Assembly: GCA_051362555.1 (NCBI GenBank)
Contig: JBPQGU010000013.1
Coordinates: 310,001 to 374,000, forward strand
Source of the DNA: Lingula anatina
Lineage: Eukaryota > Animalia > Brachiopoda
Direction of reading: 5' to 3'
Length of the DNA stretch: 64,000 nucleotides
This document shows, piece by piece, positions 47,301 to 62,300 of this stretch; position 1 is the first letter of the stretch, and each line of letters begins with the position of its first letter. The position numbers and the translations under genes are program-made. The notes under the pieces are model-generated. The model was not told the origin of the DNA. It ran no database searches and saw nothing but the letters and a program-made list of their open reading frames with translations.

Positions 47301-50300
47301 GCCAGGTAGGGATGAAAATTTTTTTTCTTCATTATAGTGTCAGGTAGGTGTGTTCGGTCATTTGTAGTAAGAATAAAGTGCTGGAAGAGTGGTGGTGTCA
47401 ACATTAAGGAAGAAATAGAGCAAAAACTCTCTCTCCCCCCCCCTCTCAGATTCTGTTCTCAGAGCTTATTTTTGGATCATCTTTAAAGCTAGAATTGGGG
47501 GCCTTGATGAAGTGACCCGGGCGCGTTTACACATTTTTTATGAATGACAGGTGTGGTTGATTGATTTTCGTCACTTTTTGGAAAAATCGGAGACGGGTCG
47601 ATTTTTGGTGATTTTGAGTGATTTTGAACAGTGCCGGCACTGTGAGATTTCTTCAATTTTGGCCAGGTAGGGATGAAAATTTTTTTTCTTCATTATAGTG
47701 TCAGGTAGGTGTGTTCGGTCATTTGTAGTAAGAATAAAGTGCTGGAAGAGTGGTGGTGTCAACATTAAGGAAGAAATAGAGCAAAAACTCTCTCTCCCCC
47801 CCCCCCTCTCAGATTCTGTTCTCAGAGCTTATTTTTGGATCATCTTTAAAGCTAGAATTGGGGGCCTTGATGAAGTGACCCGGGCGCGTTTCCACATTTT
47901 TTATGAATGACAGGTGTGGTAGATTGATTTTCGTCACTTTTTGGAAAAATCGGAGACGGGTCAATTTTTGGTGATTTTGAGTGATTTTGAACAGTGCCGG
48001 CACTGTGAGATTTCTTCAATTTTGGCCAGGTAGGGATGAAAATTTTTTTTCTTCATTATAGTGTCAGGTAGGTGTGTTCGGTCATTTGTAGTAAGAATAA
48101 AGTGCTGGAAGAGTGGTGGTGTCAACATTAAGGAAGAAATAGAGCAAAAACTCTCTCTCCCCCCCCCTCTCAGATTCTGTTCTCAGAGCTTATTTTTGGA
48201 TCATCTTTAAAGCTATAATTGGGGGCCTTGATGAAGTGACCCGGGCGCGTTTACACATTTTTTATGAATGACAGGTGTGGTAGATTGATTTTCGTCACTT
48301 TTTGGAAAAATCGGAGACGGGTCGATTTTTGGTGATTTTGAGTGATTTTGAACAGTGCCGGCACTGTGAGATTTCTTCAATTTTGGCCAGGTAGGGATGA
48401 AAATTTTTTTTCTTCATTATAGTGTCAGGTAGGTGTGTTCGGTCATTTGTAGTAAGAATAAAGTGCTGGAAGAGTGGTGGTGTCAACATTAAGGAAGAAA
48501 TAGAGCAAAAACTCTCTCTCCCCCCCCCTCTCAGATTCTGTTCTCAGAGCTTATTTTTGGATCATCTTTAAAGCTAGAATTGGGGGCCTTGATGAAGTGA
48601 CCCAGGCGCGTTTACACATTTTTTATGAATGACAGGTGTGGTAGATTGATTTTCGTCACTTTTTGGAAAAATCGGAGACGGGTCGATTTTTGGTGATTTT
48701 GAGTGATTTTGAACAGTGCCGGCACTGTGAGATTTCTTCAATTTTGGCCAGGTAGGGATGAAAATTTTTTTTCTTCATTATAGTGTCAGGTAGGTGTGTT
48801 CGGTCATTTGTAGTAAGAATAAAGTGCTGGAAGAGTGGTGGTGTCAACATTAAGGAAGAAATAGAGCAAAAACTCTCTCTCCCCCCCCCTCTCAGATTCT
48901 GTTCTCAGAGCTTATTTTTGGATCATCTTTAAAGCTAGAATTGGGGGCCTTGATGAAGTGACCCGGGCGCGTTTACACATTTTTTATGAATGACAGGTGT
49001 GGTTGATTGATTTTCGTCACTTTTTGGAAAAATCGGAGACGGGTCGATTTTTGGTGATTTTGAGTGATTTTGAACAGTGCCGGCACTGTGAGATTTCTTC
49101 AATTTTGGCCAGGTAGGGATGAAAATTTTTTTTCTTCATTATAGTGTCAGGTAGGTGTGTTCGGTCATTTGTAGTAAGAATAAAGTGCTGGAAGAGTGGT
49201 GGTGTCAACATTAAGGAAGAAATAGAGCAAAAACTCTCTCTCCCCCCCCCCCCTCTCAGATTCTGTTCTCAGAGCTTATTTTTGGATCATCTTTAAAGCT
49301 AGAATTGGGGGCCTTGATGAAGTGACCCGGGCGCGTTTCCACATTTTTTATGAATGACAGGTGTGGTAGATTGATTTTCGTCACTTTTTGGAAAAATCGG
49401 AGACGGGTCAATTTTTGGTGATTTTGAGTGATTTTGAACAGTGCCGGCACTGTGAGATTTCTTCAATTTTGGCCAGGTAGGGATGAAAATTTTTTTTCTT
49501 CATTATAGTGTCAGGTAGGTGTGTTCGGTCATTTGTAGTTAGAATAAAGTGCTGGAAGAGTGGTGGTGTCAACATTAAGGAAGAAATAGAGCAAAAACTC
49601 TCTCTCCCCCCCCCCCCCTCTCAGATTCTGTTCTCAGAGCTTATTTTTGGATCATCTTTAAAGCTAGAATTGGGGGCCTTGATGAAGTGACCCGGGCGCG
49701 TTTACACATTTTTTATGAATGACAGGTGTGGTAGATTGATTTTCGTCACTTTTTGGAAAAATCGGAGACGGGTCGATTTTTGGTGATTTTGAGTGATTTT
49801 GAACAGTGCCGGCACTGTGAGATTTCTTCAATTTTGGCCAGGTAGGGATGAAAATTTTTTTTCTTCATTATAGTGTCAGGTAGGTGTGTTCGGTCATTTG
49901 TAGTAAGAATAAAGTGCTGGAAGAGTGGTGGTGTCAACATTAAGGAAGAAATAGAGCAAAAACTCTCTCTCCCCCCCCCCCTCTCAGATTCTGTTCTCAG
50001 AGCTTATTTTTGGATCATCTTTAAAGCTAGAATTGGGGGCCTTGATGAAGTGACCCGGGCGCGTTTCCACATTTTTTATGAATGACAGGTGTGGTAGATT
50101 GATTTTCGTCACTTTTTGGAAAAATCGGAGACGGGTCGATTTTTGGTGATTTTGAGTGATTTTGAACAGTGCCGGCACTGTGAGATTTCTTCAATTTTGG
50201 CCAGGTAGGGATGAAAATTTTTTTTCTTCATTATAGTGTCAGGTAGGTGTGTTCGGTCATTTGTAGTAAGAATAAAGTGCTGGAAGAGTGGTGGTGTCAA

Positions 50301-53300
50301 CATTAAGGAAGAAATAGAGCAAAAACTCTCTCTCCCCCCCCCCCCTCTCAGATTCTGTTCTCAGAGCTTATTTTTGGATCATCTTTAAAGCTAGAATTGG
50401 GGGCCTTGATGAAGTGACCCGGGCGCGTTTACACATTTTTTATGAATGACAGGTGTGGTAGATTGATTTTCGTCACTTTTTGGAAAAATCGGAGACGGGT
50501 CGATTTTTGGTGATTTTGAGTGATTTTGAACAGTGCCGGCACTGTGAGATTTCTTCAATTTTGGCCAGGTAGGGATGAAAATTTTTTTCTTCATTATAGT
50601 GTCAGGTAGGTGTGTTCGGTCATTTGTAGTAAGAATAAAGTGCTGGAAGAGTGGTGGTGTCAACATTAAGGAAGAAATAGAGCAAAAACTCTCTCTCCCC
50701 CCCCCCCCTCTCAGATTCTGTTCTCAGAGCTTATTTTTGGATCATCTTTAAAGCTAGAATTGGGGGCCTTGATGAAGTGACCCGGGCGCGTTTACACATT
50801 TTTTATGAATGACAGGTGTGGTAGATTGATTTTCGTCACTTTTTGGAAAAATCGGAGACGGGTCGATTTTTGGTGATTTTGAGTGATTTTGAACAGTGCC
50901 GGCACTGTGAGATTTCTTCAATTTTGGCCAGGTAGGGATGAAAATTTTTTTTCTTCATTATAGTGTCAGGTAGGTGTGTTCGGTCATTTGTAGTAAGAAT
51001 AAAGTGCTGGAAGAGTGGTGGTGTCAACATTAAGGAAGAAATAGAGCAAAAACTCTCTCTCCCCCCCCCCCTCTCAGATTCTGTTCTCAGAGCTTATTTT
51101 TGGATCATCTTTAAAGCTAGAATTGGGGGCCTTGATGAAGTGACCCGGGCGCGTTTACACATTTTTTATGAATGACAGGTGTGGTAGATTGATTTTCGTC
51201 ACTTTTTGGAAAAATCGGAGACGGGTCGATTTTTGGTGATTTTGAGTGATTTTGAACAGTGCCGGCACTGTGAGATTTCTTCAATTTTGGCCAGGTAGGG
51301 ATGAAAATTTTTTTCTTCATTATAGTGTCAGGTAGGTGTGTTCGGTCATTTGTAGTAAGAATAAAGTGCTGGAAGAGTGGTGGTGTCAACATTAAGGAAG
51401 AAATAGAGCAAAAACTCTCTCTCCCCCCCCCCCCTCTCAGATTCTGTTCTCAGAGCTTATTTTTGGATCATCTTTAAAGCTAGAATTGGGGGCCTTGATG
51501 AAGTGACCCGGGCGCGTTTACACATTTTTTATGAATGACAGGTGTGGTAGATTGATTTTCGTCACTTTTTGGAAAAATCGGAGACGGGTCGATTTTTGGT
51601 GATTTTGAGTGATTTTGAACAGTGCCGGCACTGTGAGATTTCTTCAATTTTGGCCAGGTAGGGATGAAAATTTTTTTTCTTCATTATAGTGTCAGGTAGG
51701 TGTGTTCGGTCATTTGTAGTAAGAATAAAGTGCTGGAAGAGTGGTGGTGTCAACATTAAGGAAGAAATAGAGCAAAAACTCTCTCTCCCCCCCCCCCTCT
51801 CAGATTCTGTTCTCAGAGCTTATTTTTGGATCATCTTTAAAGCTAGAATTGGGGGCCTTGATGAAGTGACCCGGGCGCGTTTACACATTTTTTATGAATG
51901 ACAGGTGTGGTAGATTGATTTTCGTCACTTTTTGGAAAAATCGGAGACGGGTCGATTTTTGGTGATTTTGAGTGATTTTGAACAGTGCCGGCACTGTGAG
52001 ATTTCTTCAATTTTGGCCAGGTAGGGATGAAAATTTTTTTTCTTCATTATAGTGTCAGGTAGGTGTGTTCGGTCATTTGTAGTAAGAATAAAGTGCTGGA
52101 AGAGTGGTGGTGTCAACATTAAGGAAGAAATAGAGCAAAAACTCTCTCTCCCCCCCCCCCCCCCCCCTCTCAGATTCTGTTCTCAGAGCTTATTTTTGGA
52201 TCATCTTTAAAGCTAGAATTGGGGGCCTTGATGAAGTGACCCGGGCGCGTTTACACATTTTTTATGAATGACAGGTGTGGTAGATTGATTTTCGTCACTT
52301 TTTGGAAAAATCGGAGACGGGTCGATTTTTGGTGATTTTGAGTGATTTTGAACAGTGCCGGCACTGTGAGATTTCTTCAATTTTGGCCAGGTAGGGATGA
52401 AAATTTTTTTTCTTCATTATAGTGTCAGGTAGGTGTGTTCGGTCATTTGTAGTAAGAATAAAGTGCTGGAAGAGTGGTGGTGTCAACATTAAGGAAGAAA
52501 TAGAGCAAAAACTCTCTCTCCCCCCCCCCCCTCTCAGATTCTGTTCTCAGAGCTTATTTTTGGATCATCTTTAAAGCTAGAATTGGGGGCCTTGATGAAG
52601 TGACCCGGGCGCGTTTACACATTTTTTATGAATGACAGGTGTGGTAGATTGATTTTCGTCACTTTTTGGAAAAATCGGAGACGGGTCGATTTTTGGTGAT
52701 TTTGAGTGATTTTGAACAGTGCCGGCACTGTGAGATTTCTTCAATTTTGGCCAGGTAGGGATGAAAATTTTTTTTCTTCATTATAGTGTCAGGTAGGTGT
52801 GTTCGGTCATTTGTAGTAAGAATAAAGTGCTGGAAGAGTGGTGGTGTCAACATTAAGGAAGAAATAGAGCAAAAACTCTCTCTCCCCCCCCCCCTCTCAG
52901 ATTCTGTTCTCAGAGCTTATTTTTGGATCATCTTTAAAGCTAGAATTGGGGGCCTTGATGAAGTGACCCGGGCGCGTTTCCACATTTTTTATGAATGACA
53001 GGTGTGGTAGATTGATTTGCGTCACTTTTTGGAAAAATCGGAGACGGGTCGATTTTTGGTGATTTTGAGTGATTTTGAACAGTGCCGGCACTGTGAGATT
53101 TCTTCAATTTTGGCCAGGTAGGGATGAAAATTTTTTTTCTTCATTATAGTGTCAGGTAGGTGTGTTCGGTCATTTGTAGTAAGAATAAAGTGCTGGAAGA
53201 GTGGTGGTGTCAACATTAAGGAAGAAATAGAGCAAAAACTCTCTCTCCCCCCCCCCCTCTCAGATTCTGTTCTCAGAGCTTATTTTTGGATCATCTTTAA

Positions 53301-56300
53301 AGCTAGAATTGGGGGCCTTGATGAAGTGACCCGGGCGCGTTTACACATTTTTTATGAATGACAGGTGTGGTAGATTGATTTTCGTCACTTTTTGGAAAAA
53401 TCGGAGACGGGTCGATTTTTGGTGATTTTGAGTGATTTTGAACAGTGCCGGCACTGTGAGATTTCTTCAATTTTGGCCAGGTAGGGATGAAAATTTTTTT
53501 TCTTCATTATAGTGTCAAGTAGGTGTGTTCGGTCATTTGTAGTAAGAATAAAGTGCTGGAAGAGTGGTGGTGTCAACATTAAGGAAGAAATAGAGCAAAA
53601 ACTCTCTCTCCCCCCCCCCCCTCTCAGATTCTGTTCTCAGAGCTTATTTTTGGATCATCTTTAAAGCTAGAATTGGGGGCCTTGATGAAGTGATCCGGGC
53701 GCGTTTCCACATTTTTTATGAATGACAGGTGTGGTAGATTGATTTTCGTCACTTTTTGGAAAAATCGGAGACGGGTCGATTTTTGGTGATTTTGAGTGAT
53801 TTTGAACAGTGCCGGCACTGTGAGATTTCTTCAATTTTGGCCAGGTAGGGATGAAAATTTTTTTTCTTCATTATAGTGTCAGGTAGGTGTGTTCGGTCAT
53901 TTGTAGTAAGAATAAAGTGCTGGAAGAGTGGTGGTGTCAACATTAAGGAAGAAATAGAGCAAAAACTCTCTCTCCCCCCCCCCCTCTCAGATTCTGTTCT
54001 CAGAGCTTATTTTTGGATCATCTTTAAAGCTAGAATTGGGGGCCTTGATGAAGTGACCCGGGCGCGTTTACACATTTTTTATGAATGACAGGTGTGGTAG
54101 ATTGATTTTCGTCACTTTTTGGAAAAATCGGAGACGGGTCGATTTTTGGTGATTTTGAGTGATTTTGAACAGTGCCGGCACTGTGAGATTTCTTCAATTT
54201 TGGCCAGGTAGGGATGAAAATTTTTTTTCTTCATTATAGTGTCAGGTAGGTGTGTTCGGTCATTTGTAGTAAGAATAAAGTGCTGGAAGAGTGGTGGTGT
54301 CAACATTAAGGAAGAAATAGAGCAAAAACTCTCTCTCCCCCCCCCCCCCCTCTCAGATTCTGTTCTCAGAGCTTATTTTTGGATCATCTTTAAAGCTAGA
54401 ATTGGGGGCCTTGATGAAGTGACCCGGGCGCGTTTACACATTTTTTATGAATGACAGGTGTGGTAGATTGATTTTCGTCACTTTTTGGAAAAATCGGAGA
54501 CTGGTCGATTTTTGGTGATTTTGAGTGATTTTGAACAGTGCCGGCACTGTGAGATTTCTTCAATTTTGGCCAGGTAGGGATGAAAATTTTTTTTCTTCAT
54601 TATAGTGTCAGGTAGGTGTGTTCGGTCATTTGTAGTAAGAATAAAGTGCTGGAAGAGTGGTGGTGTCAACATTAAGGAAGAAATAGAGCAAAAACTCTCT
54701 CTCCCCCCCCCCCCCTCTCAGATTCTGTTCTCAGAGCTTATTTTTGGATCATCTTTAAAGCTAGAATTGGGGGCCTTGATGAAGTGACCCGGGCGCGTTT
54801 ACACATTTTTTATGAATGACAGGTGTGGTAGATTGATTTTCGTCACTTTTTGGAAAAATCGGAGACGGGTCGATTTTTGGTGATTTTGAGTGATTTTGAA
54901 CAGTGCCGGCACTGTGAGATTTCTTCAATTTTGGCCAGGTAGGGATGAAAATTTTTTTTCTTCATTATAGTGTCAGGTAGGTGTGTTCGGTCATTTGTAG
55001 TAAGAATAAAGTGCTGGAAGAGTGGTGGTGTCAACATTAAGGAAGAAATAGAGCAAAAACTCTCTCTCCCCCCCCCCCTCTCAGATTCTGTTCTCAGAGC
55101 TTATTTTTGGATCATCTTTAAAGCTAGAATTGGGGGCCTTGATGAAGTGACCCGGGCGCGTTTACACATTTTTTATGAATGACAGGTGTGGTAGATTGAT
55201 TTTCGTCACTTTTTGGAAAAATCGGAGACGGGTCGATTTTTGGTGATTTTGAGTGATTTTGAACAGTGCCGGCACTGTGAGATTTCTTCAATTTTGGCCA
55301 GGTAGGGATGAAAATTTTTTTTCTTCATTATAGTGTCAGGTAGGTGTGTTCGGTCATTTGTAGTAAGAATAAAGTGCTGGAAGAGTGGTGGTGTCAACAT
55401 TAAGGAAGAAATAGAGCAAAAACTCTCTCTCCCCCTCCCCTCTCAGATTCTGTTCTCAGAGCTTATTTTTGGATCATCTTTAAAGCTAGAATTGGGGGCC
55501 TTGATGAAGTGACCCGGGCGCGTTTACACATTTTTTATGAATGACAGGTGTGGTAGACTGATTTTCGTCACTTTTTGGAAAAATCGGAGACGGGTCGATT
55601 TTTGGTGATTTTGAGTGATTTTGAACAGTGCCGGCACTGTGAGATTTCTTCAATTTTGGCCAGGTAGGGATGAAAATTTTTTTTCTTCATTATAGTGTCA
55701 GGTAGGTGTGTTCGGTCATTTGTAGTAAGAATAAAGTGCTGGAAGAGTGGTGGTGTCAACATTAAGGAAGAAATAGAGCAAAAACTCTATCTCCCCCCCC
55801 CCCCTCTCAGATTCTGTTCTCAGAGCTTATTTTTGGATCATCTTTAAAGCTAGAATTGGGCCTTGATGAAGTGACCCGGGCGCGTTTACACATTTTTTAT
55901 GAATGACAGGTGTGGTAGATTGATTTTCGTCACTTTTTGGAAAAATCGGAGACGGGTCGATTTTTGGTGATTTTGAGTGATTTTGAACAGTGCCGGCACT
56001 GTGAGATTTCTTCAATTTTGGCCAGGTAGGGATGAAAATTTTTTTTCTTCATTATAGTGTCAGGTAGGTGTGTTCGGTCATTTGTAGTAAGAATAAAGTG
56101 CTGGAAGAGTGGTGGTGTCAACATTAAGGAAGAAATAGAGCAAAAACTCTCTCTCCCCCCCCCCCTCTCAGATTCTGTTCTCAGAGCTTATTTTTGGATC
56201 ATCTTTAAAGCTAGAATTGGGGGCCTTGATGAAGTGACCCGGGCGCGTTTACACATTTTTTATGAATGACAGGTGTGGTAGATTGATTTTCGTCACTTTT

Positions 56301-59300
56301 TGGAAAAATCGGAGACGGGTCGATTTTTGGTGATTTTGAGTGATTTTGAACAGTGCCGGCACTGTGAGATTTGTTCAATTTTGGCCAGGTAGGGATGAAA
56401 ATTTTTTTTCTTCATTATAGTGTCAGGTAGGTGTGTTCGGTCATTTGTAGTAAGAATAAAGTGCTGGAAGAGTGGTGGTGTCAACATTAAGGAAGAAATA
56501 AAGCAAAAACTCTCTCTCCCCCCCCCCTCTCAGATTCTGTTCTCAGAGCTTATTTTTGGATCATCTTTAAAGCTAGAATTGGGGGCCTTGATGAAGTGAC
56601 CCGGGCGCGTTTACACATTTTTTATGAATGACAGGTGTGGTAGATTGATTTTCGTCACTTTTTGGAAAAATCGGAGACGGGTCGATTTTTGGTGATTTTG
56701 AGTGATTTTGAACAGTGCCGGCACTGTGAGATTTCTTCAATTTTGGCCAGGTAGGGATGAAAATTTTTTTTCTTCATTATAGTGTCAGGTAGGTGTGTTC
56801 GGTCATTTGTAGTAAGAATAAAGTGCTGGAAGAGTGGTGGTGTCAACATTAAGGAAGAAATAGAGCAAAAACTCTCTCTCCCCCCCCCCTCTCAGATTCT
56901 GTTCTCAGAGCTTATTTTTGGATCATCTTTAAAGCTAGAATTGGGGGCCTTGATGAAGTGACCCGGGCGCGTTTACACATTTTTTATGAATGACAGGTGT
57001 GGTAGATTGATTTTCGTCACTTTTTGGAAAAATCGGAGACGGGTCGATTTTTGGTGATTTTGAGTGATTTTGAACAGTGCCGGCACTGTGAGATTTCTTC
57101 AATTTTGGCCAGGTAGGGATGAAAATTTTTTTTCTTCATTATAGTGTCAGGTAGGTGTGTTCGGTCATTTGTAGTAAGAATAAAGTGCTGGAAGAGTGGT
57201 GGTGTCAACATTAAGGAAGAAATAAAGCAAAAACTCTCTCTCCCCCCCCCCCTCTCAGATTCTGTTCTCAGAGCTTATTTTTGGATCATCTTTAAAGCTA
57301 GAATTGGGGGCCTTGATGAAGTGACCCGGGCGCGTTTACACATTTTTTATGAATGACAGGTGTGGTAGATTGATTTTCGTCACTTTTTGGAAAAATCGGA
57401 GACGGGTCGATTTTTGGTGATTTTGAGTGATTTTGAACAGTGCCGGCACTGTGAGATTTCTTCAATTTTGGCCAGGTAGGGATGAAAATTTTTTTTCTTC
57501 ATTATAGTGTCAGGTAGGTGTGTTCGGTCATTTGTAGTAAGAATAAAGTGCTGGAAGAGTGGTGGTGTCAACATTAAGGAAGAAATAGAGCAAAAACTCT
57601 CTCTCCCCCCCCCCTCTCAGATTCTGTTCTCAGAGCTCATTTTTGGATCATCTTTAAAGCTAGAATTGGGGGCCTTGATGAAGTGACCCGGGCGCGTTTA
57701 CACATTTTTTATGAATGACAGGTGTGGTAGATTGATTTTCGTCACTTTTTGGAAAAATCGGAGACGGGTCGATTTTTGGTGATTTTGAGTGATTTTGAAC
57801 AGTGCCGGCACTGTGAGATTTCTTCAATTTTGGCCAGGTAGGGATGAAAATTTTTTTTCTTCATTATAGTGTCAGGTAGGTGTGTTCGGTCATTTGTAGT
57901 AAGAATAAAGTGCTGGAAGAGTGGTGGTGTCAACATTAAGGAAGAAATAGAGCAAAAACTCTCTCTCCCCCCCCCCTCTCAGATTCTGTTCTCAGAGCTT
58001 ATTTTTGGATCATCTTTAAAGCTAGAATTGGGGGCCTTGATGAAGTGACCCGGGCGCGTTTACACATTTTTTATGAATGACAGGTGTGGTAGATTGATTT
58101 TCGTCACTTTTTGGAAAAATCGGAGACGGGTCGATTTTTGGTGATTTTGAGTGATTTTGAACAGTGCCGGCACTGTGAGATTTCTTCAATTTTGGCCAGG
58201 TAGGGATGAAAATTTTTTTTCTTCATTATAGTGTCAGGTAGGTGTGTTCGGTCATTTGTAGTAAGAATAAAGTGCTGGAAGAGTGGTGGTGTCAACATTA
58301 AGGAAGAAATAGAGCAAAAACTCTCTCTCCCCCCCCCCCTCTCAGATTCTGTTCTCAGAGCTTATTTTTGGATCATCTTTAAAGCTAGAATTGGGGGCCT
58401 TGATGAAGTGACCCGGGCGCGTTTACACATTTTTTATGAATGACAGGTGTGGTAGATTGATTTTCGTCACTTTTTGGAAAAATCGGAGACGGGTCGATTT
58501 TTGGTGATTTTGAGTGATTTTGAACAGTGCCGGCACTGTGAGATTTCTTCAATTTTGGCCAGGTAGGGATGAAAATTTTTTTTCTTCATTATAGTGTCAG
58601 GTAGGTGTGTTCGGTCATTTGTAGTAAGAATAAAGTGCTGGAAGAGTGGTGGTGTCAACATTAAGGAAGAAATAGAGCAAAAACTCTCTCTCCCCCCCCC
58701 CTCTCAGATTCTGTTCTCAGAGCTTATTTTTGGATCATCTTTAAAGCTAGAATTGGGGGCCTTGATGAAGTGACCCGGGCGCGTTTACACATTTTTTATG
58801 AATGACAGGTGTGGTAGATTGATTTTCGTCACTTTTTGGAAAAATCGGAGACGGGTCGATTTTTGGTGATTTTGAGTGATTTTGAACAGTGCCGGCACTG
58901 TGACATTTCTTCAATTTTGGCCAGGTAGGGATGAAAATTTTTTTTCTTCATTATAGTGTCAGGTAGGTGTGTTCGGTCATTTGTAGTAAGAATAAAGTGC
59001 TGGAAGAGTGGTGGTGTCAACATTAAGGAAGAAATAGAGCAAAAACTCTCTCTCCCCCCCCCCCTCTCAGATTCTGTTCTCAGAGCTTATTTTTGGATCA
59101 TCTTTAAAGCTAGAATTGGGGGCCTTGATGAAGTGACCCGGGCGCGTTTACACATTTTTTATGAATGACAGGTGTGGTAGATTGATTTTCGTCACTTTTT
59201 GGAAAAATCGGAGACGGGTCGATTTTTGGTGATTTTGAGTGATTTTGAACAGTGCCGGCACTGTGAGATTTCTTCAATTTTGGCCAGGTAGGGATGAAAA

Positions 59301-62300
59301 TTTTTTTTCTTCATTATAGTGTCAGGTAGGTGTGTTCGGTCATTTGTAGTAAGAATAAAGTGCTGGAAGAGTGGTGGTGTCAACATTAAGGAAGAAATAG
59401 AGCAAAAACTCTCTCTCCCCCCCCCCCCTCTCAGATTCTGTTCTCAGAGCTTATTTTTGGATCATCTTTAAAGCTAGAATTGGGGGCCTTGATGAAGTGA
59501 CCCGGGCGCGTTTACACATTCTTTATGAATGACAGGTGTGGTAGATTGATTTTCGTCACTTTTTGGAAAAATCGGAGACGGGTCGATTTTTGGTGATTTT
59601 GAGTGATTTTGAACAGTGCCGGCACTGTGAGATTTCTTCAATTTTGGCCAGGTAGGGATGAAAATTTTTTTTTCTTCATTATAGTGTCAGGTAGGTGTGT
59701 TCGGTCATTTGTAGTAAGAATAAAGTGCTGGAAGAGTGGTGGTGTCAACATTAAGGAAGAAATAGAGCAAAAACTCTCTCTCCCCCCCCCCCCCCTCTCA
59801 GATTCTGTTCTCAGAGCTTATTTTTGGATCATCTTTAAAGCTAGAATTGGGGGCCTTGATGAAGTGAACCGGGCGCGTTTACACATTTTTTATGAATGAC
59901 AGGTGTGGTAGATTGATTTTCGTCACTTTTTGGAAAAATCGGAGACGGGTCGATTTTTGGTGATTTTGAGTGATTTTGAACAGTGCCGGCACTGTGAGAT
60001 TTCTTCAATTTTGGCCAGGTAGGGATGAAAATTTTTTTTCTTCATTATAGTGTCAGGTAGGTGTGTTCGGTCATTTGTAGTAAGAATAAAGTGCTGGAAG
60101 AGTGGTGGTGTCAACATTAAGGAAGAAATAGAGCAAAAACTCTCTCTCCCCCCCCCCCTCTCAGATTCTGTTCTCAGAGCTTATTTTTGGATCATCTTTA
60201 AAGCTAGAATTGGGGGCCTTGATGAAGTGACCCGGGTGCGTTTACACATTTTTTATGAATGACAGGTGTGGTAGATTGATTTTCGTCACTTTTTGGAATA
60301 ATCGGAGACGGGTCGATTTTTGGTGATTTTGAGTGATTTTGAACAGTGCCGGCACTGTGAGATTTCTTCAATTTTGGCCAGGTAGGGATGAAAATTTTTT
60401 TTCTTCATTATAGTGTCAGGTAGGTGTGTTCGGTCATTTGTAGTAAGAATAAAGTGCTGGAAGAGTGGTGGTGTCAACATTAAGGAAGAAATAGAGCAAA
60501 AACTCTCTCTCCCCCCCCCCCCTCTCAGATTCTGTTCTCAGAGCTTATTTTTGGATCATCTTTAAAGCTAGAATTGGGGGCCTTGATGAAGTGACCCGGG
60601 CGCGTTTACACATTTTTTATGAATGACAGGTGTGGTAGATTGATTTTCGTCACTTTTTGGAAAAATCGGAGACGGGTCGATTTTTGGTGATTTTGAGTGA
60701 TTTTGAACAGTGCCGGCACTGTGAGATTTCTTCAATTTTGGCCAGGTAGGGATGAAAATTTTTTTTCTTCATTATAGTGTCAGGTAGGTGTGTTCGGTCA
60801 TTTGTAGTAAGAATAAAGTGCTGGAAGAGTGGTGGTGTCAACATTAAGGAAGAAATAGAGCAAAAACTCTCTCTCCCCCCCCCCTCTCAGATTCTGTTCT
60901 CAGAGCTTATTTTTGGATCATCTTTAAAGGTAGAATTGGGGGCCTTGATGAAGTGACCCGGGCGCCTTTCCACATTTTTTATGAATGACAGGTGTGGTAG
61001 ATTGATTTTCGTCACTTTTTGGAAAAATCGGAGAAGAGTCGATTTTTGGTGATTTTGAGTGATTTTGAACAGTGCCGGCACTGTGAGATTTCTTCAATTT
61101 TGGCCAGGTAGGGATGAAAATTTTTTTTTCTTCATTATAGTGTCAGGTAGGTGTGTTCGGTCATTTGTAGTAAGAATAAAGTGCTGGAAGAGTGGTGGTG
61201 TCAACATTAAGGAAGAAATAGAGCAAAAACTCTCTCTCCCCCCCCCCCCCCCTCTCAGATTCTGTTCTCAGAGCTTATTTTTGGATCATCTTTAAAGCTA
61301 GAATTGGGGGCCTTGATGAAGTGAACCGGGCGCGTTTACACATTTTTTATGAATGACAGGTGTGGTAGATTGATTTTCGTCACTTTTTGGAAAAATCGGA
61401 GACGGGTCGATTTTTGGTGATTTTGAGTGATTTTGAACAGTGCCGGCACTGTGAGATTTCTTCAATTTTGGCCAGGTAGGGATGAAAATTTTTTTTCTTC
61501 ATTATAGTGTCAGGTAGGTGTGTTCGGTCATTTGTAGTAAGAATAAAGTGCTGGAAGAGTGGTGGTGTCAACATTAAGGAAGAAATAGAGCAAAAACTCT
61601 CTCTCCCCCCCCCCCTCTCAGATTCTGTTCTCAGAGCTTATTTTTGGATCATCTTTAAAGCTAGAATTGGGGGCCTTGATGAAGTGACCCGGGTGCGTTT
61701 ACACATTTTTTATGAATGACAGGTGTGGTAGATTGATTTTCGTCACTTTTTGGAATAATCGGAGACGGGTCGATTTTTGGTGATTTTGAGTGATTTTGAA
61801 CAGTGCCGGCACTGTGAGATTTCTTCAATTTTGGCCAGGTAGGGATGAAAATTTTTTTTCTTCATTATAGTGTCAGGTAGGTGTGTTCGGTCATTTGTAG
61901 TAAGAATAAAGTGCTGGAAGAGTGGTGGTGTCAACATTAAGGAAGAAATAGAGCAAAAACTCTCTCTCCCCCCCCCCCCCTCTCAGATTCTGTTCTCAGA
62001 GCTTATTTTTGGATCATCTTTAAAGCTAGAATTGGGGGCCTTGATGAAGTGACCCGGGCGCGTTTACACATTTTTTATGAATGACAGGTGTGGTAGATTG
62101 ATTTTCGTCACTTTTTGGAAAAATCGGAGACGGGTCGATTTTTGGTGATTTTGAGTGATTTTGAACAGTGCCGGCACTGTGAGATTTCTTCAATTTTGGC
62201 CAGGTAGGGATGAAAATTTTTTTTCTTCATTATAGTGTCAGGTAGGTGTGTTCGGTCATTTGTAGTAAGAATAAAGTGCTGGAAGAGTGGTGGTGTCAAC

